Part shown: one piece after another, positions 24,950 to 37,924 of the stretch
Numbering within the stretch: the first letter of the stretch is position 1
How the letters are laid out: each line of letters begins with the position of its first letter
Source of the DNA: Octopus sinensis
Taxonomy: Eukaryota
Length of the DNA: 64,000 nucleotides
Direction: 5' to 3'
Assembly (NCBI RefSeq): GCF_006345805.1
Contig: NC_043005.1
Coordinates: 34,038,001 to 34,102,000, forward strand
Notes under the pieces: model-generated
Database searches by the model: none
The model's input: the letters and a program-made list of their open reading frames with translations, nothing else
What the model was told of the DNA's origin: nothing
Program-made: the position numbers and the translations under genes

Positions 24950-25039
24950 GAACTTTATCGGAACAGTTCACCTGAGTGGAAAGAAAATACAGAATACTTT
25001 TGGAAGAAGGAAGGATGTTGCAATTTCAAAATGCTCTAA
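24950..25039 (+). CDS. MOCS2B: MOCS2B terminal exon: ELYRNSSPEWKENTEYFWKKEGCCNFKML*
   Basis: ttttttccag acceptor, phase 0; E.Y.....WKEN.E motif; TAA 25037-25039; total MOCS2B 154 aa. Confidence 0.93.
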   Translation, partial: ELYRNSSPEWKENTEYFWKKEGCCNFKML

Positions 25040-25096
25040 CAATTTATTTTTAGTGATAAACAGTTTTTCTAAACAATATCCAATATTTTAAAAGGG

Positions 25097-25102
25097 AATA
25101 AA
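25097..25102 (+). terminator. Probable MOCS2 polyadenylation signal AATAAA
   Basis: AATAAA 57 nt after the MOCS2B stop, followed by T-rich sequence. Confidence 0.6.
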
Positions 25103-25189
25103 ACAACATAAATATTTGAAAGTTTTTTTTATTCAGTTGAATAGTTGATCATATTTTATTTTCCTTCTTTGCTAGCTGCAGGCCTGGCC

Positions 25190-25330
25190 CTATAGTTAAG
25201 AAGTTTGCTTTCAACCACATGGTTTCAAGTTCAGTCCCACTGTGTGGAACCTTGGACAAATGTCTTTTACTATAGCCCTGGGTTAACCAAAAGCTTGTGG
25301 GTGGATTTGGTAGACTGAAAGAAACGTGTT
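25190..25330 (+). mobile_element. tRNA-derived CORE-like SINE (other copies at ~11080, 13050, 25880, 39210, 62650 minus; 27190, 40320, 60605 plus)
   Basis: gttaagaagtttgct..ccacatggtt..gttcagtcccactg..ccttgg(g/a)caa(g/a)tgtctt..accaaa..gtggatttggtagac. Confidence 0.7.
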
Positions 25331-25555
25331 GTGTGTGTGTGTATCTATATACTACTAAAACTCTGTGATTACTTGCTTGCGTGCTTCTCTGTAATTTTAA
25401 TACAGCCAAACTGGCGCATAATGGGAAAATACCATTATACCATTGAAATGTGAATACAGAGTAAAACAAGTTTCACTTTAATTGGTTCCCAAGATATACG
25501 TTTTTTCGGGTATCTTGAACTATTGGTGACCCAACGAGTCATGGGTAGTCTAGTA

Positions 25556-25604
<49 letters not shown>

Positions 25605-27559
25605 CTCTCTCTCTCTATATATATATATCTTTTATCTTTTACTTGTGTCAGGCATTTGACTTTGGCCATGCTAGAGTACTGCTTTGAATGGTTTTAGTCA
25701 AGCAGATTGACTCCAAGTCATTTTTTTAATGCCTAATACTTATTCCATCCATCTCTTTTGCCAAACTGCTAAATTACAAGGACATAACCATACCAACACT
25801 AGTTGTCAAGTGGTGGTGGGCAACAAACACAGATACAAAGGCACACACACACGCACATATATACAATGGTGTTCTTTCAGTTACTGTCTACCAAATCCAC
25901 TCACAAGACTTTGGTCGGTCTGAGGCTGTAGTAGAAGACACTGGGACTGAACCCAGAACCATGTGATTGGGAAGTAAGCTTCTTACCACACAGCCACATA
26001 CATATATATGTATGTATATATGTTTATATATTTGTGTCTCATGGTCTTGACATTGCGTGATTGTTATATAAATGTTATTCATAACCAATCTTCCATGAAA
26101 ACATTTTGCCTTGAGGAAATATTATCTTAGAAATAGGTAAGGGTTGGCAACAGGGAGGGCATCTGACTGTAGAAAATCTACTTCATTGAACTCTGCCTGA
26201 CCAAAGCAAAAGCATGGAAAAGTAGACATTAAAATGGTGATGATGATAATATTTTATTGTTTCTCTCCATATTTCTTCATAAATAGTTGCCCTTCCTACT
26301 ATTAATCATTCAGCTATGAAATATGAGTAATACTTGTTCTTTAGTCGTTGTTGCTTGCTCAGGAACATAAAACAGTAACAGATGATCCAAACTAATGAAC
26401 TGTAAATCAGTCTCATACTTTAACCTAATCATTTTGATTAAAAAAAAAGAAATTCAAAATATTTTTTCTAAGTTAAAAATGTATTTCTCACATAAATCTT
26501 CTAAAATTTATTCTTTTAGCTTTTTACTGCTTTCAGTTATTGGACTGCATCCATGTTGGGGGTATCAATTATATTGAGTCCCTAATATTTAATATGTGAT
26601 CTCTGTTTAATTGAGTGGCTGAATTCATCAATTGAGTTTATTCCCTTTCACGAGTTGTTTCCCCTTGGGGCATATATACCATACGGACTTCACACTTGTA
26701 CACACACTCGCAACATACATACACCATCATCATCGTCGTTTTAATGTCCACTCTTCCATTTTCACATGAGGCGGAGGGACTTCATTCAGGAAGATTTTCT
26801 GCTGCCGGATGCACTTTCTTTACCAGCCTTCACCTGTTCCTAAACAATGTTATATTTTACCCAGTCTGTTTAATAACAAAAAAAGCCCAAACAAAGATTG
26901 TGCAACACGTCAAGAAGCCTGGATGTGCTTTTGTGGTTCACTGTAAGCATACAACACTGTGTTTACAGAATTTAAGCAGGTTAAAGACAAGGAGAAATCA
27001 AACACTTGGACTCACATGTCACATACATACACACGCACACGTTTCTTCAGTTTCTGTCTATCAATTTCACTCAGAAGGTATAGGATGTCCTGCAGCTGTA
27101 ATACAGAATAATGTTCATGTGGTGGAGACAGAACCCTCAAAGTTCTCAAGCAAACTTCTTAACCACATACACATATGTATATATAGGTGCTGTAGTGGCT
27201 GTGTTGTGAGAAGTTTTCTTCCCAACCACATTGTTTTCAGTTCTGTCCTACTGTGTGGAACCTTGGGCAAGTGTCTTCTACTAGCCTTTGGCAAATGGAA
27301 ACTAAAAGGAGCACTGTGTGTGTGTATATGTGTATATATGAGTGTGTGTATGTATTTGTGTGTGTGTGTTACTGTCTTTTTGCCTTGACATTGTGTGATT
27401 CTGATCTTGGGGAAATGTTACCTTGCCTGGAAACAAGTGAGAGTTGGTGATAGGAAGGGTATCTGGCCATAGAAAACCTGTCTCAACAAAATTCCTACCA
27501 ACCCATGCAAGCATGGAAACATGGAAATTAAATCAATAATTATGCATACATATATATAT

Positions 27560-29150
27560 CATCTTTTTTTTAACATCTATTCATGCTGGCATGGGTTGGA
27601 TGTTTTAACAGGAGTTGGCCAGCTGGAGAGCTGCCCTGGCTCCATTTGTCTGTTTTGGCATGTTTCTGTGGCTTGATGCCCTTCCTAGCACCAACCACTT
27701 TACAGAGTGTACTGAGTGCTTTTTGTGACACTGGCATGGGCGCTTCTACATGGCACCAATGCAGGCACTTTTATGTAACACTGGCCTGGATGCTTTTATG
27801 TGGTACCAGAACAGATGCTTTTACATGGCATCAGAATGGGTGCTTTTACATGGCACCAGCACAGGCACTTTTACAGGGCACCAGCACTGATGCTTTTACA
27901 TGGCACCAGTGCCCATAAGACTAGAATCTCTCAGCTCAGAGAGGGATGTAGAGGATATGCCAGCATGCATGGACAGCCACGATTTTACTTAGCTTGACGT
28001 GTCTCCTCAAGCACAGCAAATTGTCGGAAGTCTTGGTCCCTTGTCATCTCTGTGAGGCCCAACATCTGAAGATCCTTTCTCACCACTTTGTACCTCATCT
28101 TCCTGGGTCTCCCACTTCTACATGTTCCCTCAACAATTAGAGATTGGTACTTCTTAGTGAAGCCATCCTCATCGATATGCATCACATGACCATACAAAAG
28201 CAGTCTTCTCTCTTGCACACTACATCTGATGCCTTGTATACCCAATTATTCTCTTAAATCATATACACACTATCATACATGCACACTGACATTACCTATC
28301 AGCAGAACATGGCTTCATTTCTTTCAAGCCTTTACATATCCTTAGCAGTCATAGCCCATTTCTCTCAGCCATGTACTATAGTTGTTCATAAACAAACATC
28401 ATACAATATACTTTTCACTCTGAGTGAGAGGCCCTTTGCTACCAATAAAGATAGCAGCTCTGTGAACTTTTCCCAGCCTATTCTTCTAGCAGCTACACTT
28501 TCAGAACTACCTAGGTAACAGAAACTGTCTACTACTTCTAGGGATTCCACCAGTCATATGAGGGAGTCTGTTTCCTGTACCTTCCTGATGTTTAATGTAC
28601 CTGCATGTCTACCACATATAAAGACTATTTTCTCTGTTAATCTTCCCGTGATACCTCTGCACCTCTTGTGTACCCATAGCTTGTACTGAGTACAGTGTAT
28701 GGAATTTCTATCAACACCTTTTCTACATATCAAGTAGGGCCATCTCCCTGAAGGGATCAGGGATTTGTCTGTTTTCCTATTTACTAGGACTTTGGTCTTT
28801 GTTAAATTAATTCTAAGGTCCTTTGATTCTAGACCATGTTTTCACACCTGAAATTTTTCCTCTAGTTCAGGTAGTGATTCAGCTATAAGAACAAGGTCAT
28901 TGGCATAGAGGAGCACCCAAGGGCAGCCAATTTTAAATACATCTGTGATGGCCTGGAGGACTATGATAAACAGGAGTGGGCTGAGAACCAATCCTTGGCA
29001 AACTCTTATATGTACACTAAATATTTTGCTATACTCATTGCTGACTTTCACCTTACTGACAGCATCTCTGTACATGGTTTATACAGCTCTCATCAACAGC
29101 TCATCTATCCCTAGCTTCTGCATTACTCACCAGATGTTGTTCACAGAGTT
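27560..29150 (-). mobile_element. RTE LINE copy D (older, diverged)
   Basis: Minus ORFs MYRDAVSKVKV..QGLVLSPLLF..LLYANDL (28842-29075) and GRPRKMRY (27985-28245); 3' UTR repeats 27560-27980. Confidence 0.85.
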
Positions 29151-29154
29151 ATTG

Positions 29155-31386
29155 TGCTGAATGTTGACCAACAGAGGGACCAGCTATCCGAGTTGACAGT
29201 TCCTTGGTAGTTAAGGCAATTAGAAGCATGAAGACAGGGAAAGCCCCAGGCCCATCAGGAATCACTGCAGAGATGCTCAAAATATCTGGTAGTGTCAGCT
29301 ATAGCCTAGTCACCCGTATAGTTAATCAGGTGTTACACGAAGGAGTCATACCCAATGACTGGTGTAGCAGTATACTAGTCAACTGCTACAAAGGTAAAGG
29401 TGACGCCCTAGATACAAATAATTACAGAGGTATCGAGCTGTTGGATCAGGTAATGAAGGTTACGGAGAGGGTCATAGCCCAACTAATTAGAGAGAGAGAG
29501 TTAGTTTAGATGAGATGCAGTTTGGGTTTGTGCCAGGGAAAAGTACCACTGATGCTATATTCCTGGTAAGACAGCTGCAGGAGAAATACCTAGCCAAAGA
29601 TAAGCCCCTGTACCTGACTTTTGTTGACATGGAGAAAGTCTTCAACAGGGTCCCCAGATCCCTTATCTGGTAGTCAATGAGGAAACTAGGGATAGATGAA
29701 TGGTTAGTGAGAGCTGTGCGAGCCATGTACAGGGACGCTGCTAGTAAGGTGAGGGTTGGCAACGAGTACAGTGAAGAATTCCGAGTAGAGGTAGGGGTCC
29801 ACCAAGGCTCAGTCTTCAGCGCCCTCCTATTTATCATAGTCCTCCAGGCAATAACGGAGGAATTCAAGACAGTATACCCCTGGGAGCTCCTCTATGCTGA
29901 TGACCTTGCTCTAATTGCTGAGTCACTATCAGAACTGGAGGAGAAGTTTCAGGTGTGGAAGCAAGGATTAGAATCGAAGGGCTTTAGAGTCAATCTAGCT
30001 AAAATCAAAGTCCTAATAAGTAGGAAGGTAGACAAATCACAAACACCTTCAGGTAGATGGCCCTGCTCGATCTGTAGAAAAAGTGTAGGTAGAAACTCTA
30101 TAAGATGCACCAAGTGTAAGCTATGGACACATAAGAGGTGCAGCAATGTCAAAGGAAGGCTAACTAGGAAGATAGTTTTTGTATGTGGCAGATGCTCAGG
30201 AGCAATAAACACTGAAAATGCTCTGAGACCAACTTCTGCCACTTTCCAGGGAGAAAAACTAGAAATAGTTGATAGCTTCCGTTACCTAGGTGACCAAGTC
30301 AGTAGCGGGGGCGGGTGTGCTGAAAGTGTAACTGCTAGAGTAAGAATAGCTTGGGCAAAGTTCAGAGAGCTCTTACCTCTGCTGGTGACAAAAGATCTCT
30401 CGCTCAGAGTAAAAGGCAGACGGTATGATGCGTGTGTACGAACAGCCATGCTACATGGCAGTGAAACATGGGCCGTGACTGCTGAGGATATGCATAAGCT
30501 CGCAAGAAATGAAGCCAGTATGCTCCACTGGATGTGTAATATCAGTGTTCATACTTGACAGAGTGTAAGTACCTTGAGAGAAAAGCTGGACCTAAGAAGC
30601 ATCAGATGTGGTGTGCAAGAGAGACGACTGCGCTGGTATGGTCATGTGGCGAGAATGGATGAAGATAGTTGTGTGAAAAAGTGCCACACCCTAGCGGTTG
30701 AGGGAACCTGTGGAAGCGGCAGACCCAGGAAAACCTGGAATGAGGTGGTGAAGCACGACCTTCGAACTTTAGGTCTCACTGAGGAAATGACTAGAGACCG
30801 AGACCTCTGGAAGTATGCTGTGCGTGAGAAGACCCGGCAGGACAAGTGAGACCATAACCCATGGCCTTCTACACGGGATGTAGCCAGTCCACTTATGCAT
30901 ACCTTCCCTTCTTGGGACACAAAACTCTACTTGTGAAGACCTGTTGAGGCAAGTGAGAATCAGAATCGAAATCGATCAATGGAAATTGCCGCTGAGATAC
31001 CAGTGCCGGTGGCGCATAAGAGAACCATCCGACCGTGGCCATTGCCAGCGCCGCCCCGACTGGCCTCGTATCGGTGGCACGTAAAAAGCACCATTCGTTC
31101 GTGGCCGTTGATAGCCTCGCCTGGCCCCCGTGCCGGTGGCACATAAAAAGCACCATACGATCGTGGCCGTTTGCCAGACTCGTCTGGCACCTGTGCCGGT
31201 GGCACGTAAAAAGCACCCACTACACTCATGGAGTGGTTGGCGTTAGGAAGGGCATCCAGCTGTAGAAACATTGCCAGATCAGACTGGGCCTGGTGTAGCC
31301 TTCTGGCTTCCCAGACCCCAGTTGAACTGTCCAACCCATGCTAGCATGGAAAGCGGACGCTAAACGATGATGATGATGATGATGAT
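29155..31386 (+). mobile_element. RTE LINE copy B (young, 5'-truncated)
   Basis: 293-aa ORF 29677-30558 with QGS, YADD, PHD finger, FRYLG; 3' UTR tandem repeats; (GAT)n tail. Confidence 0.93.
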
Positions 31387-31689
31387 AAGAAGAAGTTGGA
31401 AAATTTATTAGTATTATTATTCACTATCACACATATTTCATTTTCTAATAGGAATTACATAGTTTTACACATACATGTACAAAATAACATACACACAAAC
31501 ATATGTATATGTATGTCATTGTGTATATAAAAATGTTTATGTGTATACATTTACATATGTATGTATATATAAATAAATAAATAATCAAGGTATCCTTGGC
31601 CTGAAGAGTAGTTTGTTGTATAATTAGTACTTCTCAGGTTCCGCTAGCTATAAAACATATGTTACTCCATTCTCTAATTTTGGATATAT

Positions 31690-34427
31690 CATCATCATCA
31701 TCATCATCGTTTAACATCTGCTTTCCATGCTAGCATGGGTTAGATCCTTTGACTGAGGACTGGTGAGCCAGAGGCTGCACCAGGCTCAATCTGGTCTGGC
31801 AAAGTTTCTACAGCTGGATGCCCTTCCTAATGCCAACCATTCCGAGAGTGTAGTGGGTACTTTTTACATGCCACTGGCATGAGGGCCAGTCAGACGGTTC
31901 TGGCAATGACCATGCTCACACTCAAAAGTTGTTTTTACGTGCTACCTGCATGGGAGCCAGACCAGCGACACTGGCAACAACTACGCTCAAATGTTGCTTT
32001 TCAAGTACCGGTAAGGCGGCGCTTGCTACGATCATGCTTGAATGATACTTTTCACATGTCACAGGCAGGGGAGCCAATCTGTGGCCCTGGCAATGGTCTT
32101 GCTGAGATGTGCTTTTAATGTTCCATTGGCACAAGTGCCAATCAGACGGTACTGTCATCAGCTATGTCAGTGATTTTGGTTTGTTTACACTTGCCTCAAT
32201 AGGTCTTCACAAGCAAAGTTCATTGTCCAATGAATGAGGGGGTACTCATAAGTGGGCCAGTTACACCCCACATTCGAATGTGTTTTTAACGTTCCACTGG
32301 CACGAGTGCCAATCAGGCGGTATTGTGGATGGCCATGTCAACTATTTTGATTCTGATCTCACTTGCCTCAAAAGGTCTTCACAAGCAAGGTTTATTGTCC
32401 AATGAATGAGGGGTATTCATAAATGAGCTGATTACACCAACTGGCATAGGCTATGGGCTATGGTTTCACTTGGCTTGTTGGGTCTTCTCAAGCACAGCAT
32501 ATCTCCAAAGGTCCTGGTCATTGCCTCGGTAAGGCCCAATGTTCGAAGGTCGTACTTCACCTCATCCCAGGTTTTCCTGGGTCTACCTCTTCCACAGTTT
32601 CCCTCGACTGTTAGGGTGTGACACTTTTTCACACAGCTGTCCTCATTCATTCGCAACACATGACCATACCGGTGCAGTCGTCTCTCTTGTACACTACATC
32701 TGATGTTTCTTAAATCCAACTTTTCTCTCAGGGTGTTTACACTCTGTTGTGTATGCACACTGATATTACACATCCAGCGGAGCATACTGGCTTCATTTCT
32801 TGCGAGCTTACGCATATCCTCAGCAGTAACGGCCCATGTTTCACTACCATGTAGCATGGCTGTTCATACACACGCGTCATACAGTCTGCCTTTTACTCTG
32901 AGCGAGAGGCCTTTTGTCACCAGTAGAGGTAAGAGCTCTCTGAACTTTGCCCAAGCTATTCTTACTCTAGCAGTTACACTTTCAGCACACCCGTCTCCGC
33001 TACTGACTTGGTCACCTAGGTAACGGAAGCTATCAACTATTTCTAGTTTTTCTCCCTGGAAAGTGGCAGAAGTTGGTCTCAGAGCATTTTAAGTGTTTAT
33101 TGCTCCTGAGCATCTGCCACATACAAAAACTATCTTCCTAGTTAGCCTTCTTTTGACATTGCTGCACCTCTTATGTGTCCATAGCTTACACTTGGTGCAT
33201 CTTATAGAGTTTCTACCTACACCTTTTCTACAGATCGAGCAGGGCCATCTACTTGAAGGTGTTTGTGATTTGTCTACCTTCCTACTTATTAGGACTTTGG
33301 TTTTAGCTAGATTGACTCTAAAGCCCTTCGATTCTAATCCTTGCTTCCACACCTGAAACTTTTCCTCTAGTTCTGATAGTGACTCAGCAATTAGAGCAAG
33401 GTCATCAGCATAGAGGAGCTCCCAGGGGTATACTGTCTTGAATTCCACTGTTATTGCTTTGAGAACTATGATGAATAAAAGGGGACTGAGGACAGATCCT
33501 TGATGGACCCCTACCTCTACACGGAATTCTTCACTGTACTCGTTGCCAACCCTCACCTTACTGACAACATTCATCTATCCTTAGTTTCCAGATAAGGGAT
33601 TGGGGGTCCTTGTCAAAAGCTTTCTCCATGTCAATGAAAGTCAGGTACAGGGGTTTATCTTTCACTAGGCATTTCTCCTGCAGCTGTCTTACCAGAAATA
33701 TAGCATCAGTGGTGCTTTTCCCTAGCACGAACCCAAACTGCATCTCATCTAGACTGACTCTCTTCCTAATTAGTTGGGCTATGACCCTCTCTGTGACCTT
33801 CATTACCTGATCCAACAACTTGATACCTCTGTAATTATTTGTATCTTAAGCATCACCTTTACCTTTGTAGCAGCTGACTATGGTGTTGCTACACCAGTCA
33901 TTGGGTATGACTCCTTCATGTATCACCTGGTTAACTATACGGGTGACTAGGCTATAGCCGACACCGGCAGATATTTTAAGCATCTCTGCAGTGATTCCTG
34001 ATGGGCTGGGGGCTTTCCCTGTCTTTGTACCCTTAATTGCTTTATCTACCAAGGTACTGTCAATTTGGATAGCTAGTCCCTCTGTTGGGTCGACATTCAG
34101 CAGACTCTCTTTCTCCCATTCATTCTCTTTATTGAGCAATCTTTCATAGTGGCATCTCCAAACCTCTCTCTTTGCAGCCTCATTTAGTGTAAGAAAACCA
34201 TCATCCATACGGACACATTTCTCTCCTACAACATCACGATTCTCTCTCACGCACTGTCTTGCAACACGAAATACCTCAAGTCTTTCATCCTCACAGTTCT
34301 CACAGTGCAGAACATTGGCAAATTTTTTCTTATCTGTTTCCCCTCTGTCTAAATAAACCTGTCTCCTAGCTTCCCTTCTGGCAGTCTGTTACAATTCCCT
34401 GCTACCACCATTCTTCCAGTCTTTCCA
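31690..34427 (-). mobile_element. RTE LINE copy C (young, 5'-truncated), inverted relative to copy B
   Basis: Minus ORFs 32432-34250 closely similar to copy B; (CAT)n tail at 31690. Confidence 0.93.
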
Positions 34428-34626
34428 AATATATATATATATATATATATATGTATCAGAGCAGTCACCATATTCTCTTCAATATCATTGAACTTTGATG
34501 AGCGTAAGGTTATATAATCAGATTGTTACCTAACATTCAATTGTATTCCTTGTGAGAAACCGATTGTTAAAATCAGCCATGATGGATATATATAATACTG
34601 TACATTTTGGATGATGTATATATATA

Positions 34627-34658
<32 letters not shown>

Positions 34659-35006
34659 TGCAAATAAGTAACAAGGATGTCCAGATATCAGTGCATTATG
34701 GTCGTTTCATGTGGCTCCATTTAATTCATCAATGAAAACATCACATCAGTTTGAAATAAACCGCTCTCCTTGGGCGCAGATGACTGTATAGATTTCCAAC
34801 ATAAAGAATAAACCATTATCTTTGTAGACAACTCCTTAGAATTCTAAGGGGTTGTAGACAACTGGCTGCATTAAATCTTATGAATGTGATAAAGATAAAT
34901 ACAAATGTAGCTATATCACCATTCCTCTTTCTTGACCCCCATTATTTTCGTCTGCCACCCTAATTGTAGTAGGTTTTTAATATACATTTTTTCCCTAAAT
35001 TCATTC

Positions 35007-35237
35007 AATTTCTAAACTACCCACAAGGGGCTAAACACAGAGAGGACAAACAAGGACAGACAAATGGATTAAGTTGATTATATTGACCCCAGTGCATAAC
35101 TGGTACTTATTTAATTGACCCTGAAAGGATGAAAGGCAAAGTCGACCTCAGCGGAATTTGAACTGAGAATGTAGTGGCAGACGAAATACCGCAAAGCATT
35201 TCGCCCGGCATGCGAACGATTCTGCCAGCTCGCCGCC
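35007..35237 (-). mobile_element. Full-length Nin/Deu-like tRNA SINE with TSD (third, headless copy at 53822-54030 plus)
   Basis: Reverse complement of the 19270 SINE; TSD TAAATTCATTC at 34996-35006 and 35238-35248. Confidence 0.85.
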
Positions 35238-35620
35238 TAAATTCATTCTGCCACAAAAATAGCAAATTGAGACAATGCAGTTATTTTAGTCTTTTGTACT
35301 GATAAAATTTTGCTAAAAAATAATGGTTTATCCTTTATGTTGGAAATCTATATGTTTGTCTGCATCGAAGGAGAGTGGTTTATTTCAAATTGATGTAATG
35401 TTTTTATTGATTGGTTAAATGGAGCTGCTTGAAATGGCCGTAATGCACTGATATGTGGATATCCTTATTACTTATTTTCTTTTTATTCATCTAACTTTGA
35501 GCTGCATGGACTATACCAAACTGGCTTGATGCCACATACATACATACATACATACATACATACACACATACATACATACATACATACATAGATACATACT
35601 TACATCAATACATCAATACA

Positions 35621-35698
<78 letters not shown>

Positions 35699-36077
35699 TA
35701 CATACTGTTGTAGCACTCTGTTGGTTGCGCCAATGAGGATTCCAGTTAATCCAATCAATGGAGTAGCCTGCTTGTGAAATTAATGTGCAAGTGGCTGAGC
35801 ACTCCACAGACATGTGTACCCTTAATGCAGTTCTCAAGGAGATTCAACGAAACACAGAGTGTGACAAGGCTGACCCTTTGAAATACAGGTACAACAGAAA
35901 GAGTGAGAAAAAGTTGTGGTGAAAGAGTACAGCAGGGTTCACCACCACCCTCTGCTAGAGCCTTGGAGCTTTAGGTGTTTATGTTAAAAAAAAACACTCA
36001 CAATACCCGATCTGGGAATTGTAACTGCAATTCTACGACCTCAAGTCCACTGCCCTAACTACTGGGCCACTGCGCCT

Positions 36078-36111
<34 letters not shown>

Positions 36112-36352
36112 TTGAAAATTACAGAAAATCAAAGACGAAGAAGGTGCATAAGCAACAAGCAGGTGTATTAGTTTGATGCTCAGGAAGGTGAAAAAGTCTT
36201 TTATGTTTCGAGCCTACACTCTTCAACAGAAAGGAACACAAGGAAACAAAACAGAGTAAGAAAAAACAGAAAATTCAAAAAAGTTAAAAACGGTTCAAAT
36301 GTCATGGTGTATTGGAATGACTTTTTATCAACTGAAGAGTTCAGTGAAATCC

Positions 36353-36390
<38 letters not shown>

Positions 36391-37768
36391 TTAAAACTTA
36401 CATTGGTAATTGGTTCCAAGACATTAGTTGGTAAAGCAACAAAATATGAAATAAAATATTTAAACATTGATTTGCTTATATCTGTTTTAATAAAGGATCT
36501 GTAAATATTTTCATATTTGATTTATTTGATTTTTTCCACTTCAGTTTTCATTTCCAGTTGTGTTTTTAATTTTTATTCTTTTAAAAATGTTCACTGAGAC
36601 CAGCACGAAGTTCACTTTTTCCATTAGTTTCTTATAAAAAGAATGGAAGGTCAAACAAGATATAACTTAGGACAATGTAAATTGAAGTATGCCTGTATAT
36701 AGGTTTGTTTGTGTGTGCATATATCTATATACAAATACACACATACACACGCACATATATTTTATTATTTTTAATCAGCAGAAGTTACGATGTGTCTCAA
36801 GGGCTGAGAGTTTTATGTATGGCATGCGATAAGTACCTTGCATGAAACTCTTATCCCTCAAGCCACATTTCTATTGATTCAAAATAATAAAAATATATAC
36901 ATACTCATGGACTGAGTTCTATTTATCCTGTTTTGTTTCTACCAAGCCTATGTCTGTATGTATATATTATATCTATATCCATGTGTACACACACACACAC
37001 ACACACACAAGCAGATATGCACATACATGTACATTTTTAAAAATACAGGCCTTTGTGATTGCAGGTCCCATCAGAGATGTTAATCAAAAATGGGTTTGAA
37101 CAAGCCAATCACAAGTTCACATTTCTCAAGGAGAATATGAGAGAAAATGTTTGCACATGTGACTTTTGGCAAAGTTTGCATTCCATCAGTTGAAATGCCT
37201 CCGATTGCAGTTTTCTAAAGTTTCCTCTGCATGCCGATAGCTAAATGCATCACACTTAAAGAAAGCATGTTCACAATTGTAACTGCTGTCGCTTGAACAA
37301 TGACATCATCCATATAGTAGCAATAGCATAGCTACGAGTTCTGATCAACTGTAGCTATCATACAGTTTGTAGAGTCCTGTATTGTGTTGCAGTAACCTGT
37401 ATCCTAGGATATATGCTGTTGATAAGAAGGCTGTAGCTAGATTTAGCTCAATAAAATGTGACAATCCACAGGTACTTTCTTTCAGTTGTGTCAAGGTAAC
37501 TGGATATGCAATGAGAAGAATTCATCCGTAACAGAGATAACTACACAACAAAGCCTGGTGCCGTATAAATCTTAATTTCATACTTAATGACTTTGCAAAT
37601 TGTCATGATGTTCCAATACTTTGTAGCAGTCAGTGTGCATATTTTCAGCCCACACCTGTTGCTATATATAGAATCAATCACAAATTCAAGAGTCCTTATA
37701 TTTCTTAAAGTGTAGTTAAAATTTTTATAGATTACATACATACATACATGCATGCATGCATACATACA

Positions 37769-37800
<32 letters not shown>

Positions 37801-37924
37801 CATAGACACACACACACACACACACACACATATTTGCATATATAAATGTATGTGCGTGTGTGTGGGTATTTATGTTTTTCAACCCAATATTGACATACTA
37901 TTATTTATAGCTTTATGTGATGTA

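Noticed and set aside
25019-25036. CaaX or peroxisomal signal at the MOCS2B end
   Set aside because: Last four residues are FKML (no Cys at -4), and KML does not fit PTS1.
26696-27388. 230-aa plus-strand ORF
   Set aside because: Chance read-through of adjacent RTE-UTR and SINE fragments.
27730-27910. Regularly spaced ~24-bp repeats resembling a CRISPR array
   Set aside because: No unique spacers, animal context; it is the RTE 3' UTR tandem repeat.
34692-34737. Hammerhead-like TTGATGA...GAAACGACC on minus
   Set aside because: Core mutated; no stem II or stem III pairing.
36195-36235. TTGAAGA..CGAAAC string on minus
   Set aside because: Cannot fold into stems I-III; probably part of a common repeat.
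37020-37720. YMDD string on the minus strand suggesting an RT remnant
   Set aside because: Other RT motifs not recognisable; many stops.
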